This document shows positions 1 to 11,684 of a stretch of DNA of 32,000 nucleotides, piece after piece. The number at the start of each line of letters is the position of its first letter. Within the stretch, counting starts at the first letter, position 1. This stretch comes from Propionibacterium ruminifibrarum (GTDB lineage: Bacteria > Actinomycetota > Actinomycetes > Propionibacteriales > Propionibacteriaceae): contig NZ_OMOH01000009.1 of assembly GCF_900289195.1 (NCBI RefSeq), positions 30,001 through 62,000 of the forward strand, in the 5' to 3' direction. The position numbers were made by a program, and so were the translations under genes. The notes under the pieces are model-generated. The model saw only the letters and a list, made by a program, of their open reading frames with translations. It was not told where the DNA came from and did not search any database.

Positions 1-312
1 CAGGCCCAGGCCGGCTCCGGCCAGCCATGCCGCGATGGCGCGGGGCAGCCGCTGGTCCAGCACGATGAACCGGTCGGTCTCGGAGCCGCCGCCGCGCAGG
101 ACCTCGATGACGCCGGCGAGGTCGAGGTCGTAGGAGCCGGTCGCGACGGCCAGCACGGCGATGAGTCCCGCGACGACGACCAGGGCCGCGGTGACGGCGG
201 CGGCTCGCGGCCGCACCGGCAGGCGGGCGCCGCCCGGCAGGGGCAGTGACGCCGTCGACGATTCGTCGTGCCAGAGGCCCGCCTGCGTGCGGGAAGCCGA
301 TGGCGTGCTCAT
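1..312 (-). CDS. Iron-siderophore ABC transporter permease, FecCD family (5' part only; gene continues past the window start)
   Basis: Hand translation of the minus strand from the ATG at 312: MSTPSASRTQAGLWHDESSTASLPLPGGARLPVRPRAAAVTAALVVVAGLIAVLAVATGSYDLDLAGVIEVLRGGGSETDRFIVLDQRLPRAIAAWLAGAGLGL. It shows an N-terminal TM helix followed by the RLPR...AG.GLG pattern typical of FepG/FecD-type permeases. The ATG overlaps the TGA of the upstream permease (ATGA at 309-312). Confidence 0.8.
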   Translation of the reverse strand, partial: MSTPSASRTQAGLWHDESSTASLPLPGGARLPVRPRAAAVTAALVVVAGLIAVLAVATGSYDLDLAGVIEVLRGGGSETDRFIVLDQRLPRAIAAWLAGAGLGL

Positions 313-1325
313 CGTCCCCTCCTGAGAATGACCAGGGCGAGCAGCACCGGCGCGCCGACGAAGGCCGTGACGACGCCCGCCTCGATCTCGTCGGGCCGGG
401 TCAGGACGCGCCCGACGATGTCGGCGGCGAGCACCAGGATCGGACCGCCGACGATCGACAGGGGCAGCAGACGGCGCTGGTCGGGGCCGACGACGAGCCT
501 GAGGACGTGGGGCACGACGAGGCCGACGAAGCTGATCGGCCCGGCCGCCGCGGTCGCCGCGCCGCACAGCAGGGTGATGGCGGCCAGCGAGGCGACCCGC
601 ACGACACCAAGACGCGCGCCGAGGGCGGTGGCCTGCTCGTCGCCGAGGGCCAGGACGTTGAGACTGCGCCCGCAGGCCAGCGCGAGGAGCAGACCGGACA
701 CCACGAACGGCGTGGTCCAGGCGACCGTGGCCATGTCGCGGTCGGCGAAGGACCCGAGGGTCCAGAACCGGTACGAGTCGAAGGCCGCGGTGTCGTACAT
801 GGTGACGGTGCCGGTCACCGAGTTGAGGGCCGCGGCGAGCGCGACGCCCGCGAGAACCAGGCGCGCGTGCCCCGCGCCGGGGCGGCGCCTGGCCATGGTC
901 TGTACGAGGACGGCTGCCGCCGCCGACCCGATGAACGAGAACCAGACGTAGCCGGAGACCGCGCTCACGTGTCCGACGGAGATGGCCAGGACGACGGCGA
1001 AGGAGGCTCCCGCGTTGACGCCCAGGATGCCGGGCTCGGCGAGCGGGTTGCGGGTGAGTGCCTGCATGACGACGCCCGCCGCGCCGAGCGCGGCGCCGAC
1101 GACGACGGCCACCACCGTGCGGGGCAGGCGCAGCTGCCAGACGATGATCGACGCGGCGCTCCGATCGCGCGCGACGAGCCCCTCCCACGCCTGGACGAGC
1201 GTGAGCTGACGCGACCCGATGGACATGCTGACGAGTGCCAGAAAGATGATGACGATGAGCCCGAGCAGCACGCCGAAAGCCGTTTGGCAACGTTTTTCAG
1301 CTGACGGCGCAAGGAACTGAGACAC
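309..1325 (-). CDS. Iron-siderophore ABC transporter permease, FecCD family
   Basis: 338-aa ORF with many TM helices and FecCD/BtuC hallmarks (WQLRLPRTVVAVVVGAALGAAGVVMQALTRNPLAEPGILGVNAGASFAVVL; C-terminal GVVTAFVGAPVLLALVIL). The GTG start at 1325 comes from the ORF track and is not certain. The overlapping plus-strand ORFs (246..1304, 268..951) are antisense shadows. Confidence 0.9.
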   Translation of the reverse strand: MSQFLAPSAEKRCQTAFGVLLGLIVIIFLALVSMSIGSRQLTLVQAWEGLVARDRSAASIIVWQLRLPRTVVAVVVGAALGAAGVVMQALTRNPLAEPGILGVNAGASFAVVLAISVGHVSAVSGYVWFSFIGSAAAAVLVQTMARRRPGAGHARLVLAGVALAAALNSVTGTVTMYDTAAFDSYRFWTLGSFADRDMATVAWTTPFVVSGLLLALACGRSLNVLALGDEQATALGARLGVVRVASLAAITLLCGAATAAAGPISFVGLVVPHVLRLVVGPDQRRLLPLSIVGGPILVLAADIVGRVLTRPDEIEAGVVTAFVGAPVLLALVILRRGR

Positions 1326-1344
1326 GCAATGAGGCTATCCGATC

Positions 1345-1363
1345 CAACCTTAGGCTTACCTTA
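1345..1363. promoter_or_regulatory. Candidate IdeR/DtxR-type iron box in the 37-bp divergent permease/binding-protein control region
   Basis: CAACCTTAGGCTTACCTTA matches the 19-bp IdeR consensus TTAGGTTAGGCTAACCTAA at 13/19 positions by hand alignment. The right half AGGCTtACCTtA is good and the left half is poor. The position fits iron control of a siderophore importer. Weak call. Confidence 0.25.
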
Positions 1364-2403
1364 TGAACACGCACATTCAGCGCCGCACGTTCGGTCTCGG
1401 CGCCCTCGCCGCGATCGCCGCCCTCGCCGGCTGCTCCTCCGATAACTCCGACGGCTCCGCGTCGTCCGGCTCGGGATCGTCCGCGTCCTCGGCCGCCGCG
1501 CAGGCCAGTTACCTCGTGCCCCGCGGTATGGCCGAGGGCATGGGCAGTGGCGTCGCCGACGGCGTCTGGCCGCGCACCGTCACCCACCACAAGGGGGAGA
1601 CGACGATCGAGGCCGAGCCGCAGCGGATCGTCGTCATCTCGACCGGCCAGCTCGACGTCGCCCTCACGATGGGGGTCGTGCCCGTCGGTTCCACCGGCGT
1701 CGACGGCTCCAGTGTGGTGCCGCAGTACCTCTACGACGCCTTCCCCGACGAGGCGTCCGGCCTGGACGCCATCACCTACGTCGGAAGCCGCACCGAGCCG
1801 AGCGTCGAGTCGATCGCGAACCTCGACGCCGATCTCATTCTCGTCAATTCCGCCGGCAAGAACATCGACACCCTCTACGAGAGCCTCACGGCCCTGGCAC
1901 CGACCATCGTCACGCAGGGCACCGGCCTGTACTGGAAGCAGGACTTCCAGCTCATCGCCGACGCCCTCGGCAAGCTCGGCCAGGCGCAGGACTGGCTCAC
2001 GACCTACCAGGACGATGCCGCCGACTGGGGCGCCGGCTTGTCGAGCACGCCGACCGTCTCGTTCCTCTACAAGACCTCGGACCGGACCCGCGTCTACGGC
2101 CTCGCCTCGTTCCCCGGCTCACTGGCCGAGGACGCCGGCCTGGCCCGCCCCGACAGCCAGAACTTCGAGGACACCTCCCAGGACATCGACGACGAGAGTC
2201 TCGACCAGGCCGACGCGGACTGGATCTTCTACGGCGTCCAGTCCGGCGACGGCGGTGAGGTCACCTCCTTGGCGCTGTGGAACACTCTCGGCGCGGTGTC
2301 GAACGACCAGGCGGTGCAGGTCGACAACGAGCCCTTCTACCTGAATGCCGGACCCACCGCGGCGGCCACCGCGCTGGCCGCACTGAAGGAGCACATCGGA
2401 TGA
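1363..2403 (+). CDS. Iron-siderophore ABC transporter substrate-binding lipoprotein (FhuD/FepB-like periplasmic binding protein)
   Basis: 346-aa ORF with a Tat-like RRTFGLG signal, a lipobox LAGC|SS and a Ser/Gly-rich linker. The body is a class III binding-protein fold (RIVVISTGQLDVALTMGVVPVG, ANLDADLILVNS). It sits next to the permeases and ATPase. Confidence 0.9.
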   Translation: MNTHIQRRTFGLGALAAIAALAGCSSDNSDGSASSGSGSSASSAAAQASYLVPRGMAEGMGSGVADGVWPRTVTHHKGETTIEAEPQRIVVISTGQLDVALTMGVVPVGSTGVDGSSVVPQYLYDAFPDEASGLDAITYVGSRTEPSVESIANLDADLILVNSAGKNIDTLYESLTALAPTIVTQGTGLYWKQDFQLIADALGKLGQAQDWLTTYQDDAADWGAGLSSTPTVSFLYKTSDRTRVYGLASFPGSLAEDAGLARPDSQNFEDTSQDIDDESLDQADADWIFYGVQSGDGGEVTSLALWNTLGAVSNDQAVQVDNEPFYLNAGPTAAATALAALKEHIG

Positions 2404-3257
2404 GCCAGGTCCTGCGGGGCGACAGGCCCGCCGGTGGTCCGGCCCCGCAGGACGGGCCGCCGGCCGCCCCCGAGCTGGGCGCGCGGGAGCTGGTCATGAG
2501 CTACCCGCGCGGCGCCCCGGTGATCGAGCAGCTCACCGTGGACATCACGCCCGATGCGTTCACCGTGATCCTCGGCCCGAACGCCTGTGGCAAGTCGACC
2601 CTGCTGCGTGCCCTGAGCAGGGTGCTCGCCCCTGCCGGCGGTCAGGTGCTGCTGGACGGGCGCGACGTGTTCTCGTACTCGCCGAAGGCGTTGGCCCGCC
2701 GGGTCGGTTTCCTGGCCCAGTCCTCGCTGGCCCCGGACGGCATCACCGTGCGCGAACTGGTGGCGCGCGGCCGCTACCCCCATCAGGGCCTGCTGCGGCC
2801 CTGGTCGGTCGAGGACGAGAAGCAGGTGCGCACCGCAATGGAGCGCACCCATGTGGCCGCCCTGGCGAAACGGCCGGTGACGACCCTGTCGGGCGGTCAG
2901 CGCCAGCGGGTGTGGATCGCCATGGCCCTCGCCCAGCAGACGGACGTCCTGCTGCTCGACGAGCCGACCACCTACCTCGATCTCGCCCACCAGGTGGACG
3001 TCCTCGACCTGTGCCGCGAGCTCAACCAGGAGCTCGGCACGACGATCGTCGCCGTGCTGCACGACCTCAACCAGGCCTGCCGATACGCCGACGAGCTCAT
3101 CGTCATGCGCGACGGCGCGATCCTGGCGAGTGGCGCCCCGGCCGAGGTCGTCACACCCGATCTGGTGGAGCAGGCCTACGGGCTTCCGGTCAGCGTCTTC
3201 ACCGACCCGATCACCGGCACTCCCCTGGTTCTGCCGCAGGCACCGGGACGGAGCTGA
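2400..3257 (+). CDS. Iron-siderophore ABC transporter ATP-binding protein (FepC/FecE-like)
   Basis: Walker A GPNACGKST, signature LSGGQRQR, Walker B LLLDEPTTYLD, H-loop VLHDLN. The ATG at 2400 overlaps the binding-protein stop (ATGA). The ORF-track start at 2277 lies inside the upstream gene and is rejected. Confidence 0.9.
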   Translation: MSQVLRGDRPAGGPAPQDGPPAAPELGARELVMSYPRGAPVIEQLTVDITPDAFTVILGPNACGKSTLLRALSRVLAPAGGQVLLDGRDVFSYSPKALARRVGFLAQSSLAPDGITVRELVARGRYPHQGLLRPWSVEDEKQVRTAMERTHVAALAKRPVTTLSGGQRQRVWIAMALAQQTDVLLLDEPTTYLDLAHQVDVLDLCRELNQELGTTIVAVLHDLNQACRYADELIVMRDGAILASGAPAEVVTPDLVEQAYGLPVSVFTDPITGTPLVLPQAPGRS

Positions 3258-3356
3258 GCGGGCGGCCGGGCAACACGCCGACCCGGGCGGCTCGGCAGGC
3301 GGGCAGCTCCCGGGACCGCAGCGGGTCCGGGCATCGACTCGCCCACGTGGCCGGGA

Positions 3357-3497
3357 ATGACGCCGCAGCCGCCCTCGCAGCGCAGCGTTCCCGACCTGCA
3401 CGCCGCGTGGCCTGGGACCCCACCCCTCGTGGGCGCCCTCATCGGCGAGGACGCAGTGCTCGTCCACGTGGTCGAGGATTACACTGCACAGTGTTGA
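3357..3497 (+). CDS. Candidate 46-codon ORF (or out-of-frame remnant of the ligase N-terminus)
   Basis: Hand translation: MTPQPPSQRSVPDLHAAWPGTPPLVGALIGEDAVLVHVVEDYTAQC*. 38 of 46 codons end in G/C, which is coding-like for this genome. The ligase frame over the same bases is rich in A/T third positions. The SD is weak. It ends inside the 29-bp inverted repeat. Confidence 0.3.
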   Translation: MTPQPPSQRSVPDLHAAWPGTPPLVGALIGEDAVLVHVVEDYTAQC

Positions 3498-3515
3498 ACA
3501 ACGTTCAACCCTGTG
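3487..3515. promoter_or_regulatory. 29-bp near-perfect inverted repeat (operator or 5' hairpin) upstream of the ligase-thiolase pair
   Basis: CACAGTGTTGAAC-aac-GTTCAACCCTGTG, with 12 of 13 arm positions complementary. The core is GTTGAAC-N3-GTTCAAC. A second small palindrome ACACTG-ca-CAGTGT (3481-3494) overlaps it. A TANNNT -10-like hexamer TACACT lies at 3480-3485. Confidence 0.4.
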
Positions 3516-3544
3516 GAATCGGTTTCCGGGACGAGGTGAACCAG

Positions 3545-4510
3545 GTGAGGACGGCACGACCGCTCGACGGCCCCGAGCCGACGGCCGCATTCTGGCGCGC
3601 CCACCGCGAGGGGGCGCCGATCGCGCTGCGCACCTCGGGCACCACCGGCGGGGCGCGCACCATCGTGCGCAGCACGTCCTCGTGGACCGGCTCCTTCGGG
3701 CCGCTGATCGAGCACCTGGGCCTGCATGCCGACGACAGGATGTGGGTGCCGGGGCCGCTCGACTCGACCATGAACCTCTTCTCGGCCTGCCTGAGCGAGG
3801 CCGCCGGGGCCGCCTGGAGCCCTCGCCCCGAAGAAGCGAGCTGGGCGACGCTGACCCCGTCCGCGCTGGCGAGGGCGCTGGGCACCCGTCCGCCGATGAA
3901 GGTCCTCGTCGCCGGGGACGGGCTGCCCCCGGCGCTCTGGGAACGGGCCACCGGCCTGGGCTGGAGCGTGGTGCACTACTACGGCGCCGCCGAACTCTCG
4001 CTCGTCGCGCTGGGCCGACACGGGCAGGACCTGCGCCCCTTCGAGTCCGTGGAGATCGACACCGTCGACGACCGCATCTGGGTGCGCTCGCCCTGGCTGG
4101 CCGACGGTTACCTCGACGCGGACGGACCGGGCGCGCTCCGGCGGCGCGAGGACGGCTTCGCCACCGTGGGCGACCGCGGCCGGCTCGACGCCGGGCTGCT
4201 GCGCGTGTGGGGCAGGGCCGGGGCGATCACCACCGCCGGTGCAACCGTCGAGCTGGCGCCACTGCAGGCCGCGCTCGCCGCGCACGCGCGCGGCGAAGTG
4301 GTGCTGCTCGGCCTCCCGCACCCCGAGCTGGGCCAGGTACTGGCCGCTGCCACGACCAGCCGAGATGACCTGGTCACTGTCAGGGGCTGGGCCCGCCGGA
4401 ATCTGTCCGGCCCCCGGCGGCCCCGCGTCTGGCGCGTCGTCCCCCGCCTGCCCAGAACGGCAGCCGGGAAGGTCGACCTGCACCGGCTGGCCGAGGAGCT
4501 GGCCCGGTGA
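3545..4510 (+). CDS. Short ANL-family AMP-dependent synthetase/ligase (MenE-like architecture; substrate unknown)
   Basis: Motifs: TSGTTGGART (a P-loop variant of TSGTTGxPKG), YYGAAELS (YGxTE-like), TVGDRGRLD (TGD-like) and a C-terminal PRTAAGKVD catalytic-Lys motif. High GC3 begins near 3536. The GTG at 3545 is preceded by GAGGTGA; the GTG at 3536 is an alternative start. The ORF-track start at 2912 runs through the ATPase gene and is rejected. Confidence 0.7.
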   Translation: MRTARPLDGPEPTAAFWRAHREGAPIALRTSGTTGGARTIVRSTSSWTGSFGPLIEHLGLHADDRMWVPGPLDSTMNLFSACLSEAAGAAWSPRPEEASWATLTPSALARALGTRPPMKVLVAGDGLPPALWERATGLGWSVVHYYGAAELSLVALGRHGQDLRPFESVEIDTVDDRIWVRSPWLADGYLDADGPGALRRREDGFATVGDRGRLDAGLLRVWGRAGAITTAGATVELAPLQAALAAHARGEVVLLGLPHPELGQVLAAATTSRDDLVTVRGWARRNLSGPRRPRVWRVVPRLPRTAAGKVDLHRLAEELAR

Positions 4511-5631
4511 CCGTGTACATCGTCGACGCCCGGCGCACCGCGATCGGCTCGGCCCGCGGCATGTGGCGCAGCGTGGACACCACCGGCCTGGCCGCCCCGG
4601 TGCTCGCCGAGCTGGCGCGGACCTGCCCCGCGCCGGAGCTGATCCGGCAGATCGTCATGGGCACCGTACGGGGCCCCGGCGGCAACATCGCCCGGGTCGC
4701 CGCCCTCGCCGCCGGGCTGGACGGGGTGCCCGCGCTGAGCGTCGACCGCCAGTGCGGCTCGGGGCTGGCCGCCGTCGAGGTGGGCCATCACTGGCTGGCG
4801 GCCGAGCCCGGATACGTCATCGCCGGGGGCGTCCAGTCCGTCTCGACCGAGCCGCTGACCTACTGGCCGCCGACCGCCGGGGAGCCGGCCCGGCGCTACG
4901 AGCGGGCTCCCTTCGCCCCGCCGGGATGGGCGGACCCCGAGATGGGTGAGGCGGCCGATGCGCTGGCCGCCGAGCGCGGTGTGGGGCGGGAGCGTCAGGA
5001 CGCCTACGCGGCGGGCTCCCACCGGCGGGCCGTCGCCGCGCAGGAGGCCGGGCTGTTCACCGCCGAGATCGTTCCCGTCCACGGCAGGAGCCGCGACGAG
5101 CGGCCCCGGTCCGGTTTCACCCCTGAACGGCTGGCCCGTTTCCGGCCCGCCTTCCGCGCCGGCGGCACGGTCACCGCGGCGAACTCGTGCGGCATCAACG
5201 ACGGCGCGGCCGCCGTGCTCATGGCCGACGAGGACACCTGGCGCCGTCACCGGGGCCCGGGGCTGCGCGTCCTGGCGCTCTGCTCGGCCACCTGCGACCC
5301 GGCCCGCCCGGGCTGGGGAATCGTCCCGGCCTGCCGGCTGGCCCTTGAGCGCGGCGGCGTCAGCGCAGACCAGCTCGACGTCGTCGAGTTCAACGAGGCG
5401 TTCGCCGGGCAGGTGCTCGCCTGCCTGGACGCCCTGGGCATCGACCAGGGGCGCAACTGCCGGCAGGGCGGCGCCATCGCGCTGGGGCACCCGTGGGCCG
5501 CGTCCGGGGCGATCCTGTTGACCCGGCTGTTCAGCCAGCTGGTCCGCCAGGGCCGGGGACGATACGGCCTGGCGGCCATCGCCATCGGGGGCGGCCAGGG
5601 CACGGCCGCGGTCGTCGAGGCGGTGCGCTGA
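4507..5631 (+). CDS. Thiolase-fold protein (acetyl-CoA acetyltransferase family) lacking the second catalytic Cys
   Basis: Motifs: VDRQCGSGL (nucleophile Cys), FNEAFAGQV (Asn), GGAIALGHPWAASG (His). The usual C-IGGGxG is A-IGGGQG (GLAAIAIGGGQGTA). The GTG start overlaps the ligase stop (GTGA at 4507-4510). Confidence 0.85.
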   Translation: MTVYIVDARRTAIGSARGMWRSVDTTGLAAPVLAELARTCPAPELIRQIVMGTVRGPGGNIARVAALAAGLDGVPALSVDRQCGSGLAAVEVGHHWLAAEPGYVIAGGVQSVSTEPLTYWPPTAGEPARRYERAPFAPPGWADPEMGEAADALAAERGVGRERQDAYAAGSHRRAVAAQEAGLFTAEIVPVHGRSRDERPRSGFTPERLARFRPAFRAGGTVTAANSCGINDGAAAVLMADEDTWRRHRGPGLRVLALCSATCDPARPGWGIVPACRLALERGGVSADQLDVVEFNEAFAGQVLACLDALGIDQGRNCRQGGAIALGHPWAASGAILLTRLFSQLVRQGRGRYGLAAIAIGGGQGTAAVVEAVR

Positions 5632-5682
5632 GCAGACGCCCGGCAGCGCCCCGACGATCGGCTCGTGGTGACGCGGGCCCTG

Positions 5683-5715
5683 CCGGGTGCCCCCGACAGA
5701 TCGGATGGCACCCGG
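5683..5715 (+). terminator. GC-rich hairpin downstream of the thiolase gene (possible intrinsic terminator)
   Basis: CCGGGTGCC-(15 nt)-GGCACCCGG, a perfect 9-bp stem 52 nt after the stop. There is no clear U-tract (followed by TATGAACC). Confidence 0.35.
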
Positions 5716-5808
5716 TATGAACCATCGGCGGGTTCGCGCCCCCTGACGTCAGCGTGGGTGGACGAGTCACCGCGCTCTCGGCCCGGCGCCGCCTGGACCG
5801 GTAGGCGT

Positions 5809-5847
5809 GAGGCCCGGACCCCTCCCATCGCTCAGGGGCCGGGCCTC
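5809..5847. terminator. GC-rich hairpin between convergent genes (likely terminator of the lacZ-symporter operon)
   Basis: GAGGCCCGGACCCCT-(10 nt)-AGGGGCCGGGCCTC, arms complementary apart from one bulged base. It lies 14 nt beyond the symporter stop (5861). There is no U-tract. Confidence 0.45.
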
Positions 5848-5860
5848 ACTGCGCCCCGGG

Positions 5861-7249
5861 TCAGGCCGGGGCGCCCTCGGGTGCGGCCGAGGCCGCCCGG
5901 AGCTCCTTGTTGGCCTTCTCGACGTCGAGCCGCCACAGCAGGAACAGGATGATCGCATTGGCGGCGGCCGGGATCCACAGGTACATGACGTAGAGCATGG
6001 TGATCACCGACTGCGCCTGTTCCGCGGCGTTGGCGATGTAGCCGCTGGCCGACAGCAGCCACCCTGCCAGCGCCGTGCCGAGGCCGCCGCCGATCTTCAC
6101 GCCGAGTGAGGTGCACGAGAACATGAGGCCGTCGATGCGCTTGCCGGAGCGCAGGAAGGTGTTCTCGGAGGCCTCGGCGATGAGGGCGTTGAGGGTGCCC
6201 TGCAGCGGGCTCATGCCGAGCGAGGCGACGCCCGAGAAGAACATCATGAGCGGGACGTTGCCGAGGTAGGCGGCGCCCGCCACGCCAAGCCGCCCGAGCA
6301 CGGCGATGATGTAGCCGATGATGTTCACCTTGTACATGCCGCCGAACTTGGCGACGACCGCGGGCGCGAAGAGCAGCCCGACGATGAGCGGAATGTTGAT
6401 GGCCCAGGCGAAGGGGCCCAGCAGGTTGGCATTGCCCAGGATGTACGTCATGAAGTAGATGCCCATGTTGAGGGTCGCGGTGAACATCTGGGTCATGATG
6501 AAGACGACGAGGATGACCAGGTAGTACTTGTTGTGCGCCAGGAGCTTGAAGGACTCGGCGACCGAGACCTTCTCGGCCTCCCGGGCGGCCTCGGCGTCGT
6601 CGATCTCGGTGAGTTCCTCGGGCGAGAGCTCCTTGACCGACAGCACGGAGATCGTGTTCACCGCCAGGCCGACGAGGGCGTAGATGATGGCGATGGTCCG
6701 CCAGCCCTCCGCGCCGCCGCCGAGCATCTTGACGCCCTCGACGGTGATCGTCTGGATCGTCAGGCTGGTGCCGAAGGCGAACATGAACCTGATGGACCCC
6801 ATCTGGACGCGCTCGGCGCTGTTCTTGGTGATGAGCGCGGTCAGCGAGGAGTAGGCGATGTTGTTCGCGGTGTAGAAGACGGCGTTGAGCAGCGTGTAGG
6901 CGATGAAGAACCAGGCGTACTTGGCGGTCTCGCCCAGGCCCACCGGGATCGCGAAGATGGCGATGATCATCGCGGCGCAGCCGAAGAAGGCCCACAGCAT
7001 CCACGGGCGGGCCTTGCCCATCCTGGTCTGGGTCTTGTCGAGGAGGGTGCCGAAGACGAAGTCGGAGAAGCCGTCGAACAGTTTCGAGACCATCATCAGG
7101 GTGCCGACGATGCCCGCGTTGAGACCGACGGTGTCGGTCAGGAAGATCATGACGAACGCCGACAGCAGGGCGTACACGACGTTCCCGGCGACGTCGCCGG
7201 ATCCGTAGCCGACCTTGTTGTACCACCTCAGGTACTTCTTCTCTGGCAT
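5861..7249 (-). CDS. Glycoside-pentoside-hexuronide (GPH):cation symporter (MelB/LacS-like sugar transporter)
   Basis: 462-aa, 12-TM-type ORF. The N-terminus YGSGDVAGNVVYALLSAFVMIFLTDTVGLNAGIVGTLMMVSKLFDGFSDFVFGTLLDKTQTRMGKARPW matches the GPH signature (D..G.l.D.t..r.GK.RPW). It lies 40 bp downstream of lacZ on the same strand, with GGAGAAAGG before the ATG. Confidence 0.9.
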   Translation of the reverse strand: MPEKKYLRWYNKVGYGSGDVAGNVVYALLSAFVMIFLTDTVGLNAGIVGTLMMVSKLFDGFSDFVFGTLLDKTQTRMGKARPWMLWAFFGCAAMIIAIFAIPVGLGETAKYAWFFIAYTLLNAVFYTANNIAYSSLTALITKNSAERVQMGSIRFMFAFGTSLTIQTITVEGVKMLGGGAEGWRTIAIIYALVGLAVNTISVLSVKELSPEELTEIDDAEAAREAEKVSVAESFKLLAHNKYYLVILVVFIMTQMFTATLNMGIYFMTYILGNANLLGPFAWAINIPLIVGLLFAPAVVAKFGGMYKVNIIGYIIAVLGRLGVAGAAYLGNVPLMMFFSGVASLGMSPLQGTLNALIAEASENTFLRSGKRIDGLMFSCTSLGVKIGGGLGTALAGWLLSASGYIANAAEQAQSVITMLYVMYLWIPAAANAIILFLLWRLDVEKANKELRAASAAPEGAPA

Positions 7250-7289
7250 GAGTTCACCTTTCTCCAGGGAACGAGTGGTTGGCGGATGG

Positions 7290-11630
<4,341 letters not shown>

Positions 11631-11684
11631 CACGCCGGCCCTCCACGGGCCCGAACGGCGCCATGACGGCGAGTGGGCCGACGG

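Noticed and set aside
246-1304. Long plus-strand ORFs (246..1304, 268..951, 982..1209) opposite the FecCD permease
   Set aside because: They are Arg/Asp/Gly/Pro-rich low-complexity translations antisense to a gene with clear family motifs. This is a typical stop-poor shadow frame in high-GC DNA.
2277-2399. N-terminal extensions suggested by the ORF track: 2277 for the ATPase, 2912 for the ligase, 10505 for lacZ, 12281 for the small protein, 14163 for XRE, 14783 for the hydrolase, 20077 for SNF2, 29247 for the SDR
   Set aside because: The extensions overlap upstream genes or operator regions and translate to Arg/Pro-rich junk. Internal starts have SD sequences or ATGA/GTGA coupling and coincide with the first conserved residues. 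20077 and 24332 remain possible alternatives.
3475-3515. Programmed -1 ribosomal frameshift linking the 46-codon frame to the ligase frame, with the 29-bp repeat as stimulatory hairpin
   Set aside because: No X XXY YYZ slippery heptamer precedes the hairpin (the sequence is GTC GAG GAT TAC ACT). The frame-0 stop lies inside the left arm, and the ligase frame shows non-coding third-position composition until about 3536.
2337-5490. Long minus-strand ORFs 2337..3590, 3479..4483 and 4108..5490
   Set aside because: They lie antisense to the ABC ATPase, ligase and thiolase genes. The translations are Arg/Gly/Pro/Ala-rich with no motifs. The sense-strand genes carry complete catalytic motifs.
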